NCBI RefSeq assembly: GCF_006345805.1
Contig: NW_021836962.1
Span: 1 to 22,127 of the forward strand
Source of the DNA: Octopus sinensis
Taxonomy: Eukaryota
DNA length: 22,127 nt
Direction: 5' to 3'
The translations under genes were made by a program, and so were the position numbers. Positions 1-10,007 of the stretch are shown piece by piece (position 1 is the stretch's first letter; every line of letters starts with the position of its first letter). Below the pieces are notes generated by a model, which saw only the letters and a program-made list of their open reading frames with translations, was not told the DNA's origin and did no database searches.

Positions 1-21
1 AGAAACCTTTTTAGAAAGTCG

Positions 22-78
22 AAAGACACTAACCTTTGGGAAGAGATTTCACATCTCTTCCCAAAGGTTAGTGTCTTT
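22..78. repeat. Perfect inverted repeat (26-bp stem, 5-nt loop)
   Basis: AAAGACACTAACCTTTGGGAAGAGAT (22-47) is the exact reverse complement of 53-78; loop TTCAC. Confidence 0.95.
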
Positions 79-539
79 ATGTTATTCCTACACATGTTTC
101 AATGATGACTATAAACCCGAATTAATTAATTTTAGCCTGGTGTACTTATAATATGTGCATCAGAGTTTACCTCAGAATCTGAAATAAATTCTTTGCACGC
201 GATGATATATTCTGTATACCCGGCCAAGTTTATGCAGTGTAGCTTTAAGATCATCACTGAAACACGTGTAAGAATGACACAAGAGATAAATGCAGAACCA
301 ACGCTCCGGTTTCGCGTATTTTTTTTCTCTGTGCAGAGAGAATTAAAAGATGTACAGTGATCCCTCGCCACTTCGCGGTTCAACTATCGCGGATTTTTTA
401 AATATAATAGATATTGTTTCCTAGTCTAGGAGCAACAAAACAAGCGTAAAATAGCAAAAAAGAGCATACACAGGGGTATTTGAACTTAAGACGGGCTGTG
501 ATTGGTGCAATGGGGAGAGGCAACGAATCCTGAGGTGCA

Positions 540-1050
540 ATGGAGGGAGTCATGAATCCCTACAGGATGCTCTTTGAACGGAAAAAGAAGCAGCGGCAGC
601 AGTGGAGACGCAATAGCCCAGTGGTTAGGGCAGCGGACTCACGGTTTCGATTCCCAGACCGGGCGTTGTATGTACTCATTGAGCGAAAACACCTAAAGCT
701 CCACAAGGCTCCGTTGTGGCGACCCCTGTTGTACTCTTTCGCTCCAACTTTCTCTCACTCTTTCTTCCTGTTTCTTGTCCTCCCCGACTTCCTACGCAAC
801 CGCTGAGCCTGGATGCGCATTCATCCATCCGTCGATGCTCTCGGTGTCGTGGGTTGACCTGCTTTCTCTTCTGCGAGTCTTACGAATAGCAAAGGACCAC
901 GTTTCGGACATCTCCCACTACAGACAATCCTGAGACGCGATCTTGCGAGCTCTGGGACGAAGACCGCTGCGCTCAACAAACAAACAGCGCCAGCAACTTC
1001 CTATCACAATGTTTTTGCAACCTTGCAAAAAAAGAGCCAGTTCCTGCTGC
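540..1050 (+). pseudogene. pogo-type transposase C-terminal remnant, interrupted by the SINE at 602-984
   Basis: Removing the SINE and one TSD copy restores MEGVMNPYRMLFERKKKQRQQLPITMFLQPCKKR. The KKxQRQQLPITMF-like tail is recalled as typical of pogo-family transposases. No DDD core is present. Confidence 0.6.
602..984 (+). mobile_element. tRNA-derived SINE with (ACAA)n tail, nested in the pogo element
   Basis: A-box TAGCCCAGTGG (614-624), B-box-like GGTTTCGATTCC (643-654), tail CAACAAACAAA. 11-bp TSD CAGCGGCAGCA (591-601) / CAGCGCCAGCA (985-995), 1 mismatch. Confidence 0.85.
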
Positions 1051-1530
1051 TACTACTACGGCTGCACCTTCGGAAGAAGTGAAAGAGGTATCCCAGGAAA
1101 GGGCACCGCTGTCAGCCTCATCATCATCATTTCTACTGCGCAGCAAATTCATCACCATCATCATTCAAATTTTACTTCAACATCTTTCGTGTTGAGTACA
1201 GTAACAATCTTTATTTTTTTTTTTAATCTAAAGTGTTATTGCTTAACAGTTGTCCATGTTATTAATAGACTACTGTAATGGGTGGGTTGTTAAGAGTACA
1301 GGGAGGGTTTTAAAAGTCCAAATACACGTTAAATAAATACTGTAAATATGGTGTCCCTACTTCGCGGAAATTCAGTTATCGCGACCGGTCTCGGAACCAA
1401 TCTACCGCGATAAATGAGGGATCACTGTATTTACAGTTGCTTAGTTTCTACATCGTTGGTCTTATAAACACTAATTTCACTTCATGAATTCTTAGATTTT
1501 CCTTCTCTGTCGGTCCGTGTGCTTGTATCC

Positions 1531-1552
1531 GCTCTCTCTCTTTCTCTTTCTT

Positions 1553-1597
<45 letters not shown>

Positions 1598-2110
1598 TTA
1601 TCTTTCTATTTATACAACTTCTACATTATATTCAACATCTTTTGCTATCTGTGTTTGCCTCAGTGTGTGTGTGTGTGTGTGTAAATGCTAATGATTGTGT
1701 ATATTAGTGTCAGTGTTTGATTATGTGCGTGTGACATGCATCCGAGTGTGTGCGTCAGTCACTGTACCTATGTGTGTGTGTGTATGTGTGTTATATGTGG
1801 ATATGTTTGTGTGATATGTAGTAGATATGTGGATGTATGTGCACGTGCGTATGCGCCTATGTGTGTGTGTGTGTGTGTGTCTATCTCTGTGTGTATGTGT
1901 GTATACGTATATGTGATATGTGCATATATGTCTGTGCTTCTGTGTGTGTGTTAATGTGCTTCTGAGGTTATGTTGCATATGTATATATATATATGTATGT
2001 GTGTATGTGGTGTGTGTGTGTGTCTCTCCCCTCTCTCTCTCCCTGTCACTGTGCCTTTGTGTGTGTGTGTGTGTGTTTGTCGCTGCCTCCGAGTGTGCGT
2101 ATGTATGCGT
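1531..2110. repeat. Compound (CT)n/(GT)n/(AT)n microsatellite tract
   Basis: Runs are directly visible; they explain the CVCV, HTHT and LSLS ORFs. Confidence 0.95.
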
Positions 2111-2280
2111 TTCTGGCTGAGTATCTCGTTACGTATTAGAAGAGAAAGAACGTTCCTATTTTTCCTTAGATCCAACCACTTTTAGGAAATAACGTTGTTA
2201 CTGACCTCTTTTTTTTTATCTTTATTTCTCTTCTTCCCCCATTTTTTAAACACAACCGCAACCCGTCCTAATTTTAGCTG

Positions 2281-2509
2281 TCACCACCACCACCACCACT
2301 ATGACCATCTCAACACCATCACCATTACCACCATCACTTATCATCATCACCCTCTTCCACCTCCACTATCACCATCATCATCATCATCATCATCATCGTC
2401 ATCACCATCATCACCATATAGATAAGCTATTTTTTTCCGCCGCCACCTCTGCTACTACCACCATCACCGCCTACACCTTCTCTGCGGTCGCCACCACTAT
2501 CGACATCAC

Positions 2510-2544
<35 letters not shown>

Positions 2545-2721
2545 CTATCACCATCTCACCACCAATACCCGTCACATATCGCAACCCCATCCACCCCACC
2601 AACCACCTCGCAATCGCCACTGCCGTCATCGTCGTCGTCGCCTCATCATCATCATCATCATGATTGCTATTACAATCTGACCATTATTACCAAATCATCA
2701 TCATCATCGCCATCATCATCG

Positions 2722-2755
<34 letters not shown>

Positions 2756-2812
2756 TGTCGTGACCCTCGTTACTACCACCCCCACCACCACCACCACCAC
2801 CACCACAACCTC
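2281..2812. repeat. Compound trinucleotide microsatellite (CAT)n/(CAC)n/(CGT)n
   Basis: Visible runs; they give the poly-His, poly-Ile and poly-Thr ORFs. Confidence 0.95.
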
Positions 2813-2924
2813 CATCTTAGCATCAGTCGCAGCACGCTCTCTTCGCCTTCCGTATTTTTCTATTTCTGTCTCTGTTTATCTTAGAATTATTTTGGGGAAA
2901 ATTGTAATTGGCGAAAGAGAAAAT

Positions 2925-3711
2925 GAGGTGAAGGGGAGGGTGAATAGTGAGATAGAGAGAGGAGGAGATAGAAGTGAGAGAGAGAGAGAGAGAGAAAAGA
3001 GTGAGAGACGGGGCGGGGTCGAGAGAATGTTAGAGTTAGAAAGAATAAGAGTTGTGGACAGAGGTGGAAAGAATAAGGAGAAACGTAGGTCAGAATGAAC
3101 GGGAGAGAGGTGGGAGATAGGACAGAGAGAGTGGGAGGAGAGGGAGAGACTTTAAATGCGCTGAAGACGAGCGCGTGTATGTATAAGTGAATGAGGGAGA
3201 GAGGAGGGGGGGTGATAGACAGATCTGGAATTGGAGAAGAGAGGAGGAGAGAGAGAGGAAGAGAGCGAGCGTGCTGCCGACGAGTGTGGAAAGTGAGGTG
3301 GTTGTATGTGGGGTGGGAGGAGAGGTTTAAGCGTGCTGGAGATGAATAGAGAGATAGAGAGAGATAGATAGAGAGACTGAGTGTGGAGTAATGTGTGTGA
3401 GAGGGTGACAGAGAATAAAGAGGGATCCTGAGTGTGGGTGGGAGGGAGAGAGACATGTGTTGCAGACGATCACTGAGATGAAGAGAATAAGTGAGTGGTA
3501 GTGAGAGACTGAAAGACGTAAAGATATACAAAGCGAGAGAGAGTGAGAGAGAAGCATAGAAAAGGAAAGAGAGGGAGGTGACTAAAAAAAGATAGAGAGA
3601 ATGAACGCAGTGTGTGTGAGGGAGAAAGAGGAGAAACACTAAGTTAAAAAGAGGGAGACAGTATTGCAGACGACCACGGAGACAAAAGCAAATGAGTGTG
3701 AGTAAAGAGAG

Positions 3712-3745
<34 letters not shown>

Positions 3746-4480
3746 CTGAGTGTGGAGCATGTGTGTGAGAGGGTGAGAGAGAAAAAAGAGGGAGACAGTA
3801 TTGCAGACGGCCACGGAGACAAAAACAAATGAGTGTGAGTAAAGAGAGAGAGAGAGATAGAGATGAACAGACAGAGAAACCGAGAGAGAGAGAGAGTTGA
3901 ATGAAAGATAGAGAATGAGTACAGAGGAGTAAGGGAGGAGCCTATGTGTGAGAGATAGAGAAAGAGAGGGAGAGATATTGAGTGAGAATAGAGAGAGAGA
4001 GATATTGAGTGAGATGAGAGGAAGTGGACAGCAAATATAGCAGACGATCAAAGAGATAAAGGTATTAAGTGAGTAGGATTAGAGACAGAGACAGACATAG
4101 GAGAAATGAATATAGAGGTAGAGAGAATAAGTGGAGAGTAGTAAAGAGAGTAAAGAGAAAGTGTATGTGTGTGTAAGAAAGAGAGGCAGAGATGTTTAGT
4201 GGGGGGAGAGAGGGAGAGAGACAGTTTTAAGTATTACAGACGACAGAGATAAAGAGTGAGTAGGAGTAAAGAGTGACGAAAAAGTGAGAGATTGAGAGAG
4301 AGAGAGAGGTGGAGTAGAACTATACAAAGATAAGGAGCGTGTGCGCAGATGGGAAAAGAGAGAGAGAGAGAGTAAAGAAGTATATGTGTGAGAAAGAGAG
4401 ATATTGTGTGGGATGTGGGGTTGGCGACGGTAAGTATTGCAGACGACCAAAGAGAATGAGTGAGATTAAAGAGACAGATA
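2925..4480. repeat. Purine-rich GA low-complexity region with a degenerate ~140-240-bp higher-order repeat
   Basis: Anchor GTATTGCAGACGA(C) variants at about 3457, 3661, 3798, 4035, 4231 and 4434; 3647-3720 is nearly duplicated at 3784-3857. Confidence 0.8.
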
Positions 4481-4559
4481 GACAGACTTTCCTGTATAAA
4501 TAAATACAGAGCTTTATGACACAATATTTAAAAAAATATTGCGACTCTTGGGGAATAAG

Positions 4560-4730
4560 TGAAAAGTAGGAGACTTCTGTGAAGGAAATGATGTGTTCTC
4601 AGAAGTGTGGAGGTAGGTTGACGAAAGTAGGTGACCCCAGTAATGTAAGAGAGGTACGCCACTCCCTGTAGTGTAGGTGTGTAAAAAGTCTGGAATGTGC
4701 GGAGAAACGAAACTCGGTTTCAATTGCTTG
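4560..4730 (-). pseudogene. Decayed Penelope-like reverse transcriptase fragment
   Basis: Frameshifted minus-strand pieces EFRFSAHSRLF, FYTPTLQGV and QPTSTLLR resemble the PLE RT pattern FxFxGxxRLLFTMDVxSLYTxIPHxEGL...PxTxTLLRL. Confidence 0.4.
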
Positions 4731-4904
4731 TGAGAAAGCCATCGAAATAACATCCATTTTCTCTGTTATCACTTGTAGTAGCAAAGACGATATTAGAAAT
4801 TAATACACATAAAGCAAAGAATAAATTTAAGTTCCTTTCCGCCCTCTGAGATGTCACTGAAGTCCTGTTTCGCATTCCTTTATATATAACAAGATATTTT
4901 CTTA

Positions 4905-5035
4905 TCTTTTGTTTGCCATTGGACTGTGGCCATGCTAGGGCACCACCTTAAAAGGTCAAACAGGTTGACCCCGGTATTTTACTTTTTTTCTTTTTATTTA
5001 TTTCTTTTTTATTTTTGTTTGGTACTTACTTAATC
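4905..5035 (-). mobile_element. Old SINE 3' fragment (family of 7141-7576)
   Basis: GGACTGTGGCCATGCTAGGGCACCACCTT...TTGACCCC aligns by eye to 7160-7230. Confidence 0.55.
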
Positions 5036-5113
5036 TGTGAAGGCGCGTTATGATTTTGTGCAAGAACTTTATCTGACGTTTCTCCAGTCCTCTTAACTGG
5101 CAGAAATGAGTAA

Positions 5114-5695
5114 AGGCGGCGAGCTGGCAGAATCGTAAGCACGCCAGGCGAAATGCTTAGCGGTATTTCGTCTGCCAATTACGTTCTGAGTTCAAATTTC
5201 GCCCAGGTCGACTTTGCCTGTCATCCTTTCAGGGTCGATAGTTACACACTGGGGTCAATATAATCGACTTAATCCGTTTGTCTGTCCTTGTTTCTCCTCT
5301 CTGTGTGTAGCCCCTTGTGGGTAGTAAAGAAATAGGTATTTCGTCTACCGTTACGTTTTGAGTTCAAATTCCGCCGAGGTCGACTTTGCCTTTCATCCTT
5401 TCGGGGTTGATTAAATAAGTACCAGTTACGCACTGGGGTCGATATAATCGACTTAATCCGTTTGTCTGTCCTTGTTTGTCCCCTCAGTGTCTAGCCCCTT
5501 GTGGGTAGCAAAGAAATAGGTATTTCGTCTATCTTTACGTTCAGAGTTCAAATTTCGCCGAGGTCGACTTTGCCTGTCATCCTTTCGGGGTCGATAAATT
5601 AAGTACCAGTTACGCACTGGGGTCGATGTAATCGAATTAATCCCTTTGTCTGTCTTTGTTTGTCCCCTCCATGTTTAGCCCCTCGTGGGCAATAA
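5114..5695 (+). mobile_element. Trimeric tRNA-derived SINE (one head plus 3 tandem ~184-bp bodies)
   Basis: Head GGCGGCGAGCTGGCAGAATCG. Units start GGTATTTCGTCT at 5162, 5335 and 5519. 12-bp TSD AGAAATGAGTAA at 5102-5113 and 5696-5707. Confidence 0.92.
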
Positions 5696-5707
5696 AGAAA
5701 TGAGTAA

Positions 5708-5870
5708 CTACCTGCATTTCAAAGTGTCAACCCTATCACATTCTCTATCGTGATGAATCTCCCCAAGAACTACACAAAGGGTACGCGTGTCTATGGAGTA
5801 CTCAGCCACTTGCGCATTAATCTAACGAGCAGGCTATTCTGTTGATTGGATCAGCTAAAAGACTCATCAT
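5708..5870 (+). mobile_element. Probable older SINE 3' fragment
   Basis: GAATCTCCCCAAGAACTAC...CTCAGCCACTTGCGCATTAAT resembles a cephalopod SINE tail from recollection only; there is no second copy in the window. Confidence 0.35.
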
Positions 5871-5909
5871 ATCTATATACAAAGTATACATAAATATGTA
5901 TATATATAC

Positions 5910-6040
5910 ATGACGGCCTTCTTTTCAATTTGTCAACTAGGTTCACTCCCGAGGCTTATAGTGGAAGACACTTGTGTGTGAGGTGCCATGCAGTGGGATT
6001 GAACTCAGAACCATGTGATTTAGAAGCAAGCTTCATACCG
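5910..6040 (-). mobile_element. Decayed SINE 5' half (family of 7141-7576)
   Basis: CCGAGGCTTATAGTGGAAGACACTTG...GCAGTGGGATTGAACTCAGAACCATGTG aligns to 7470-7540. Confidence 0.7.
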
Positions 6041-6748
6041 CCTAAATGTTTCGCTTATTAATAATCTTCGACAACACGGTACACTCAATTCCGAACCATG
6101 TCTCGCCTATCACGAATTGATCTAAGAAACATGGATCAGCTATCAGTGTAAAATTCTGCTAGGACCGCAAAAATGCACCCCAGCGAACAATCCACAATGC
6201 ACAGCTACCCAGAATACACTAATTATCTCTCATATTTGCATGACCGTGCTGTGAGTCAGCACATCTTTGATACGGTTTGACGTTCGTGTACCCATGAACT
6301 TACCACCAGCGAACAAAGAATATAGTTTTTCTATATTCTATCTTGGAACAATGAAGCTCGACACAAATAGAGCTATATGGCATGTCAAAAAACCTTGGAG
6401 AGGAAAAACAGATATGAGTGCGAGTGCCATGAGCAGCCTTCAATTTTTTCTATCCCAAAGTTTTTTTTTTTAACCCCAGTAGTTACAGGCTATATTTATA
6501 GCTATGTTTGCTTCGATCTCCACTGTTCCAATTAAGAACTACCATTATGTGTGTTTGCAGATGTTATTTGGGTAAACTGGGAGACAAGCATGGGATCTAT
6601 TGTTTTCTGTTTGTTTTATTCGTTCATCAGTGTATCATTCAACACGGTGTTGTTGCTTTTTAGGGGGTGGAACTATGGAACCATATACCCGACATAAACG
6701 AAACTAGATGTATTATATTAACTAGGTTCATTTCTGTTATATTTTCAG

Positions 6749-7125
6749 TGAAAACAGCAAAGAGACTGGAATCATACACGTACGACCAAACTGTACACAA
6801 GGTAACGTCACGTGGCGTCATCCATACAATGCAGTCCGTCTAGGATTGAATCCATTGACGAAAGGACTCGAGTTCGAAACGTGCGTGAAAATAAAAGTCG
6901 ATTTGCTTTCTGTCATAGTTTATAAGGAAAACTCGGGCGATATCGAAGGAATGGAGCAGTTGTTTGTCATTGAAAGCGGAAAAGAAGCACATTACTGCAA
7001 TACATCGACTTCTCCTATTACTTTATTTATTGAGCCTGTACGTCCACAGCTATACACGGGACCCCCTAAGGTCGTCATCTACTACGAAAGACTCGAATTA
7101 CGAAGTGAAATGGATCCAATGAGAG
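6749..7125 (+). CDS. METRNL: Meteorin/Meteorin-like protein, internal coding exon (N-terminal domain; 377 bp, phase 2 to phase 1)
   Basis: Acceptor ttttcag|, donor AG|gtgagt. Open frame ENSKETGIIHVRPNCTQGNVTWRHPYNAVRLGL...FETCVKI...YCNTSTSPITLFIEP...YYERLELRSEMDPMR. CxxGxVxWxHPxxAVRLxL matches the meteorin motif CxEGxVEWxYPxGALRLxL. METRN versus METRNL cannot be distinguished; this is probably a co-ortholog of both. Confidence 0.93.
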
Positions 7126-7140
7126 GTGAGTTTATATAAC

Positions 7141-7360
7141 TCTTTTACTCTTTACTCTTTTACTTGTTTCAGTCATTTGACTGCGGCCATGCTGGAGCAC
7201 CGCCTTTAGTAGAGCAAATCGACCCCAGGACTTATTCTTTGTAAGCCTAGTACTTATTCTATCGGTCTCTTTTGCCGAACCGCTAAGTTACGGGAACGTA
7301 AACACACCAGCATCGGTTGTCAAGCGATGTTGGGGGGAAGGACAAACACAACACCCACAC

Positions 7361-7405
<45 letters not shown>

Positions 7406-7576
7406 CAAATATACGACGGGCTTCTTTCAGTTTCCGTCTACCAAATTCACTCACAAGGCTTTGGTCGGTCCGAGGCTGTAGTAGAAGACACTTGCCCAAG
7501 GTGCCACACAGTGGGACTGAACCCGGAACCATGTGGTTGGTAAGCAAGCTACTTACCACACAGCCACTCCTGCGCC
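7141..7576 (-). mobile_element. Full-length tRNA-derived SINE with internal (TA)n/(TG)n microsatellite
   Basis: Minus-strand head GGCGCAGGAGTGGCTGTGTGG (A-box) and GGTTCAGTCCC (B-box), CCTTGGGCAAGTGTCTT core, tail of GAGTAAAA-type repeats. A second copy lies at 9797-10174. Confidence 0.9.
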
Positions 7577-7965
7577 TAAGTCGAATATTTTTAAAGCTTA
7601 TACAGAGTACTGAGGTTGGTAGAGTTGCTAGAGTGAAAATTGGAATTTAAATATTTAGAACATGATCTCAGTATCTTGCGATATCACTGGTAATATTCCT
7701 AGATTTTGTGTCGCTGTCTCTCAGTTACATAAAGTGAGTCTTGTGGAATTAGATGTACTACGCAATTACACGGAGCATTTATAACGGCCAAGCTGTAGCT
7801 ACCGACTGTGCTATTCTCTCATCTGTTGAACTTAATAAGAGAAACCAACTAACTATTAATAGTTTAGCTGTCTACCAACTTTTTAACACATAGGTATGTA
7901 TAACAGACACATATTAATTTATACGGTATATATATAGTTAATAAAAGATCATATATATATATATA

Positions 7966-8160
7966 GTTAATCCAAACATGAAAGCACAAAAAAACACAAC
8001 AACGCGAGGACGTGGAACAAATATTGTATTATTGGACGCTCAGGAAGGAAGGAGTGTTTAACGTTTCGAGCGGAGCTCTTCGTCGGAAACATAGGAGAAG
8101 GAAAGATCCAGAGAAGGGAAGACAGAGGGAAAAAAATCGCCAACGGTACACACGAGGTCA
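7966..8160 (-). mobile_element. Penelope-like terminal (pLTR-type) fragment containing a hammerhead motif
   Basis: Aligns by eye to 17581-17713, which directly follows PLE RT remnants, and to 9097-9178. Confidence 0.75.
8055..8091 (-). ncRNA. Minimal type I hammerhead ribozyme motif, family B (U4C core variant)
   Basis: Minus strand reads UGUUU-CCGACGA-A-GAGC UCC GCUC-GAAA-CG-UU-AAACA: 5-bp stem I, 4-bp stem II, palindromic AACGUU in place of stem III. Confidence 0.65.
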
Positions 8161-8204
8161 TATATATATATATATATAATACATATATATATATATATAT
8201 AATA

Positions 8205-8279
8205 GAGAGAGAGAGAGATAGATAGATAGATAGAATAGATAGAGAGATAGCTAGATATAGATAGATAGATAGATATAGT

Positions 8280-8315
<36 letters not shown>

Positions 8316-8350
8316 GATAGATAGATAGATAGATAGAAGATAGATAGACT
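8205..8350. repeat. (GATA)n microsatellite
   Basis: Visible GATA run. Confidence 0.95.
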
Positions 8351-8728
8351 TATATTATATTATATACTGTACCAAGTGGATGTGCTATAAAACTATTCCG
8401 CACATACAATAACAGCCATGCCAACTATCAAACATAGCTCCATCATCAGCTGCCCCACGAATATCAATATGGTTTCGACACCTGAGCAGTACCGTTCAAT
8501 CCAGCGGTGTTAACAGCTCTAAAATAAGTGTTGTTTGGGAACAAACATACCTTAGATATCACCACATTCATTCAATCATAATTCTAGGACGGATTAAACA
8601 CTGGCAGGGGATTTGGATAACAGTATCCTAGATATCGGGATACTGTTGTAAAAAACCGATGGGGTGGTAAAAATATGAGCAAAAAAAAGAGAACACCTTA
8701 TAACATGTTTAATTTGCATTCATTTCAG

Positions 8729-8785
8729 AATGTCGACCTTGTGAAGAGGAAGAGCTTCATAAATTGTACTGCACCAGTGATTATA
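8729..8785 (+). CDS. METRNL: Meteorin/Meteorin-like protein, 57-bp exon (phase 1 to phase 1)
   Basis: catttcag|AA TGT CGA CCT TGT...AGT GAT TAT A|gtaagt encodes (E)CRPCEEEELHKLYCTSDY(I), matching meteorin CRPCxxxELLxAxCTSDF. Confidence 0.96.
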
Positions 8786-8998
8786 GTAAGTACTTCTGAA
8801 AAGAGTTCATCATACTCCTCATGTGTGTATGGGTGGTGTGTGTGTGTGTGTGTGTGAGAGTGAGCGTGTTCAAAAGATAATTAGGCCATCATCTCTGTGA
8901 AGCCCACTATATATGAGCAGAATTTTTCGTTTGATAATTTTGAAATACACACATACAGACACACACACACACATCCTATCCTTCTCTTACGATATATA

Positions 8999-9031
<33 letters not shown>

Positions 9032-9096
9032 GTCCTATACATGAATGAGTGTATACATACATACATACATACATACACATATATATATATATATAT

Positions 9097-9178
9097 CTTT
9101 CTTTTCCTGAGCGCCTGCTAATGCTTTACATGTACCACGTCCTCGCGTTGTTGTTTCTTCTTGCTTGTTCTTTTTTGG
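9097..9178 (+). mobile_element. 5'-truncated copy of the PLE-type tail seen at 7966-8050
   Basis: TTCCTGAGCG...CCACGTCCTCGCGTTGTTGT is shared with the reverse complement of 7975-8045; the hammerhead part is absent. Confidence 0.65.
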
Positions 9179-9466
9179 AGGGATTTACTATATATGTGTG
9201 TGTGTGTGTGTGTGTTGTGTGTGTGTGTATGTGTGTGTGTGTGTGTATTGAAAAAATTAGAATTATGAGCTTTAACGGTAATTCGATTATAGAAAATAGT
9301 CAAATATCAGGATATGTAAGTACCCGTAATGGAAAAGATGGGCATTAGTACGCGTGGGAACCGATGTGTACCCTAATATTAGACTATTCTCTGTAACTAA
9401 TTTGTGGCGAAGTTTCATAATTTCTATTTACAAAATTTCACCCGCCGCCGTTTCCTAATTCACACA

Positions 9467-9467
<1 letters not shown>

Positions 9468-9548
<81 letters not shown>

Positions 9549-9627
9549 TCTCTCTCTCTCCACACACACACACACACACACTCTCTTTCTCCCTCTCTCT
9601 TTCTCTCTCTCTCTCTCACACACACAC
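9468..9627. repeat. (CT)n/(CA)n microsatellite
   Basis: Long visible CT run followed by CA runs. Confidence 0.95.
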
Positions 9628-9796
9628 GTATGATTTTATTCTAGTTTAACTACAGTTTGTAAGTCATTGCTGTGGAAAGAAATATATGTGTGAGAATGTG
9701 GCCTGTGCGGATATAATATAATGTTTATATTTGTTTTATTGTACAAAATATATATAAGCGCTCAGCATAGCTGTGTATCAGAAGTATGCAAACTGC

Positions 9797-9935
9797 TCTT
9801 TTACTTATTCTTTGGAAGCCTAGTACTTATTCTATCGGTCGCTTTTGCCGAACCGCTAAGTTACGGGGACTAAACACACCAGCATCGGTTGGGGGGGACA
9901 AACACAGACACACAAACACACACACACACTATACA

Positions 9936-10007
<72 letters not shown>

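Larger units (their letters stand above)
355..1427 (+). mobile_element. Internally deleted pogo/Tigger-like (Tc1/mariner superfamily) DNA transposon
   Basis: TA flanks at 353-354 and 1428-1429. Imperfect TIRs CAGTGATCCCTCgccactTCGCGG versus (reverse complement) CAGTGATCCCTCatttaTCGCGG. Contains a remnant resembling a pogo transposase C-terminus, split by a SINE. Confidence 0.8.

Noticed and set aside
603-660. tRNA genes at the SINE heads (603, 5114, 7576, 10174, 18064, 21320)
   Set aside because: A- and B-boxes are present, but no full cloverleaf was found, and they continue into SINE bodies with tails or TSDs.
4405-4435. Missing first Meteorin-like exon ending at CG|gtaagt
   Set aside because: It lies inside the GA array and encodes no signal peptide or CxWxGS motif.
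3457-4446. CRISPR-like repeat-spacer pattern
   Set aside because: Eukaryotic context, degenerate repeats, long related low-complexity spacers and no cas genes.
1519-4524. Many ORFs, including the 313-aa ORF 2887-3828 and poly-His/poly-Ile ORFs
   Set aside because: They are translations of stop-poor microsatellite and GA/CT low-complexity DNA, with no domain signal. The same applies to the YIYI, CVCV and HTHT ORFs elsewhere.
6230-6265. Octamer ATTTGCAT next to an AP-1-like TGAGTCA site
   Set aside because: Short motifs are expected by chance in 22 kb and there is no supporting evidence.
6749-6801. 53-bp exon ending at AAG|gtaacg plus a separate 7050-7125 exon
   Set aside because: The frame is open through 6749-7125 and the supposed intron encodes the conserved GNVTWRHP...AVRL motif.
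8617-8649. Near-palindrome ATAACAGTATCCTAGATATCGGGATACTGTTGT 80 nt upstream of the 57-bp exon
   Set aside because: Only a 10-bp perfect stem; too short to argue for function without conservation data.
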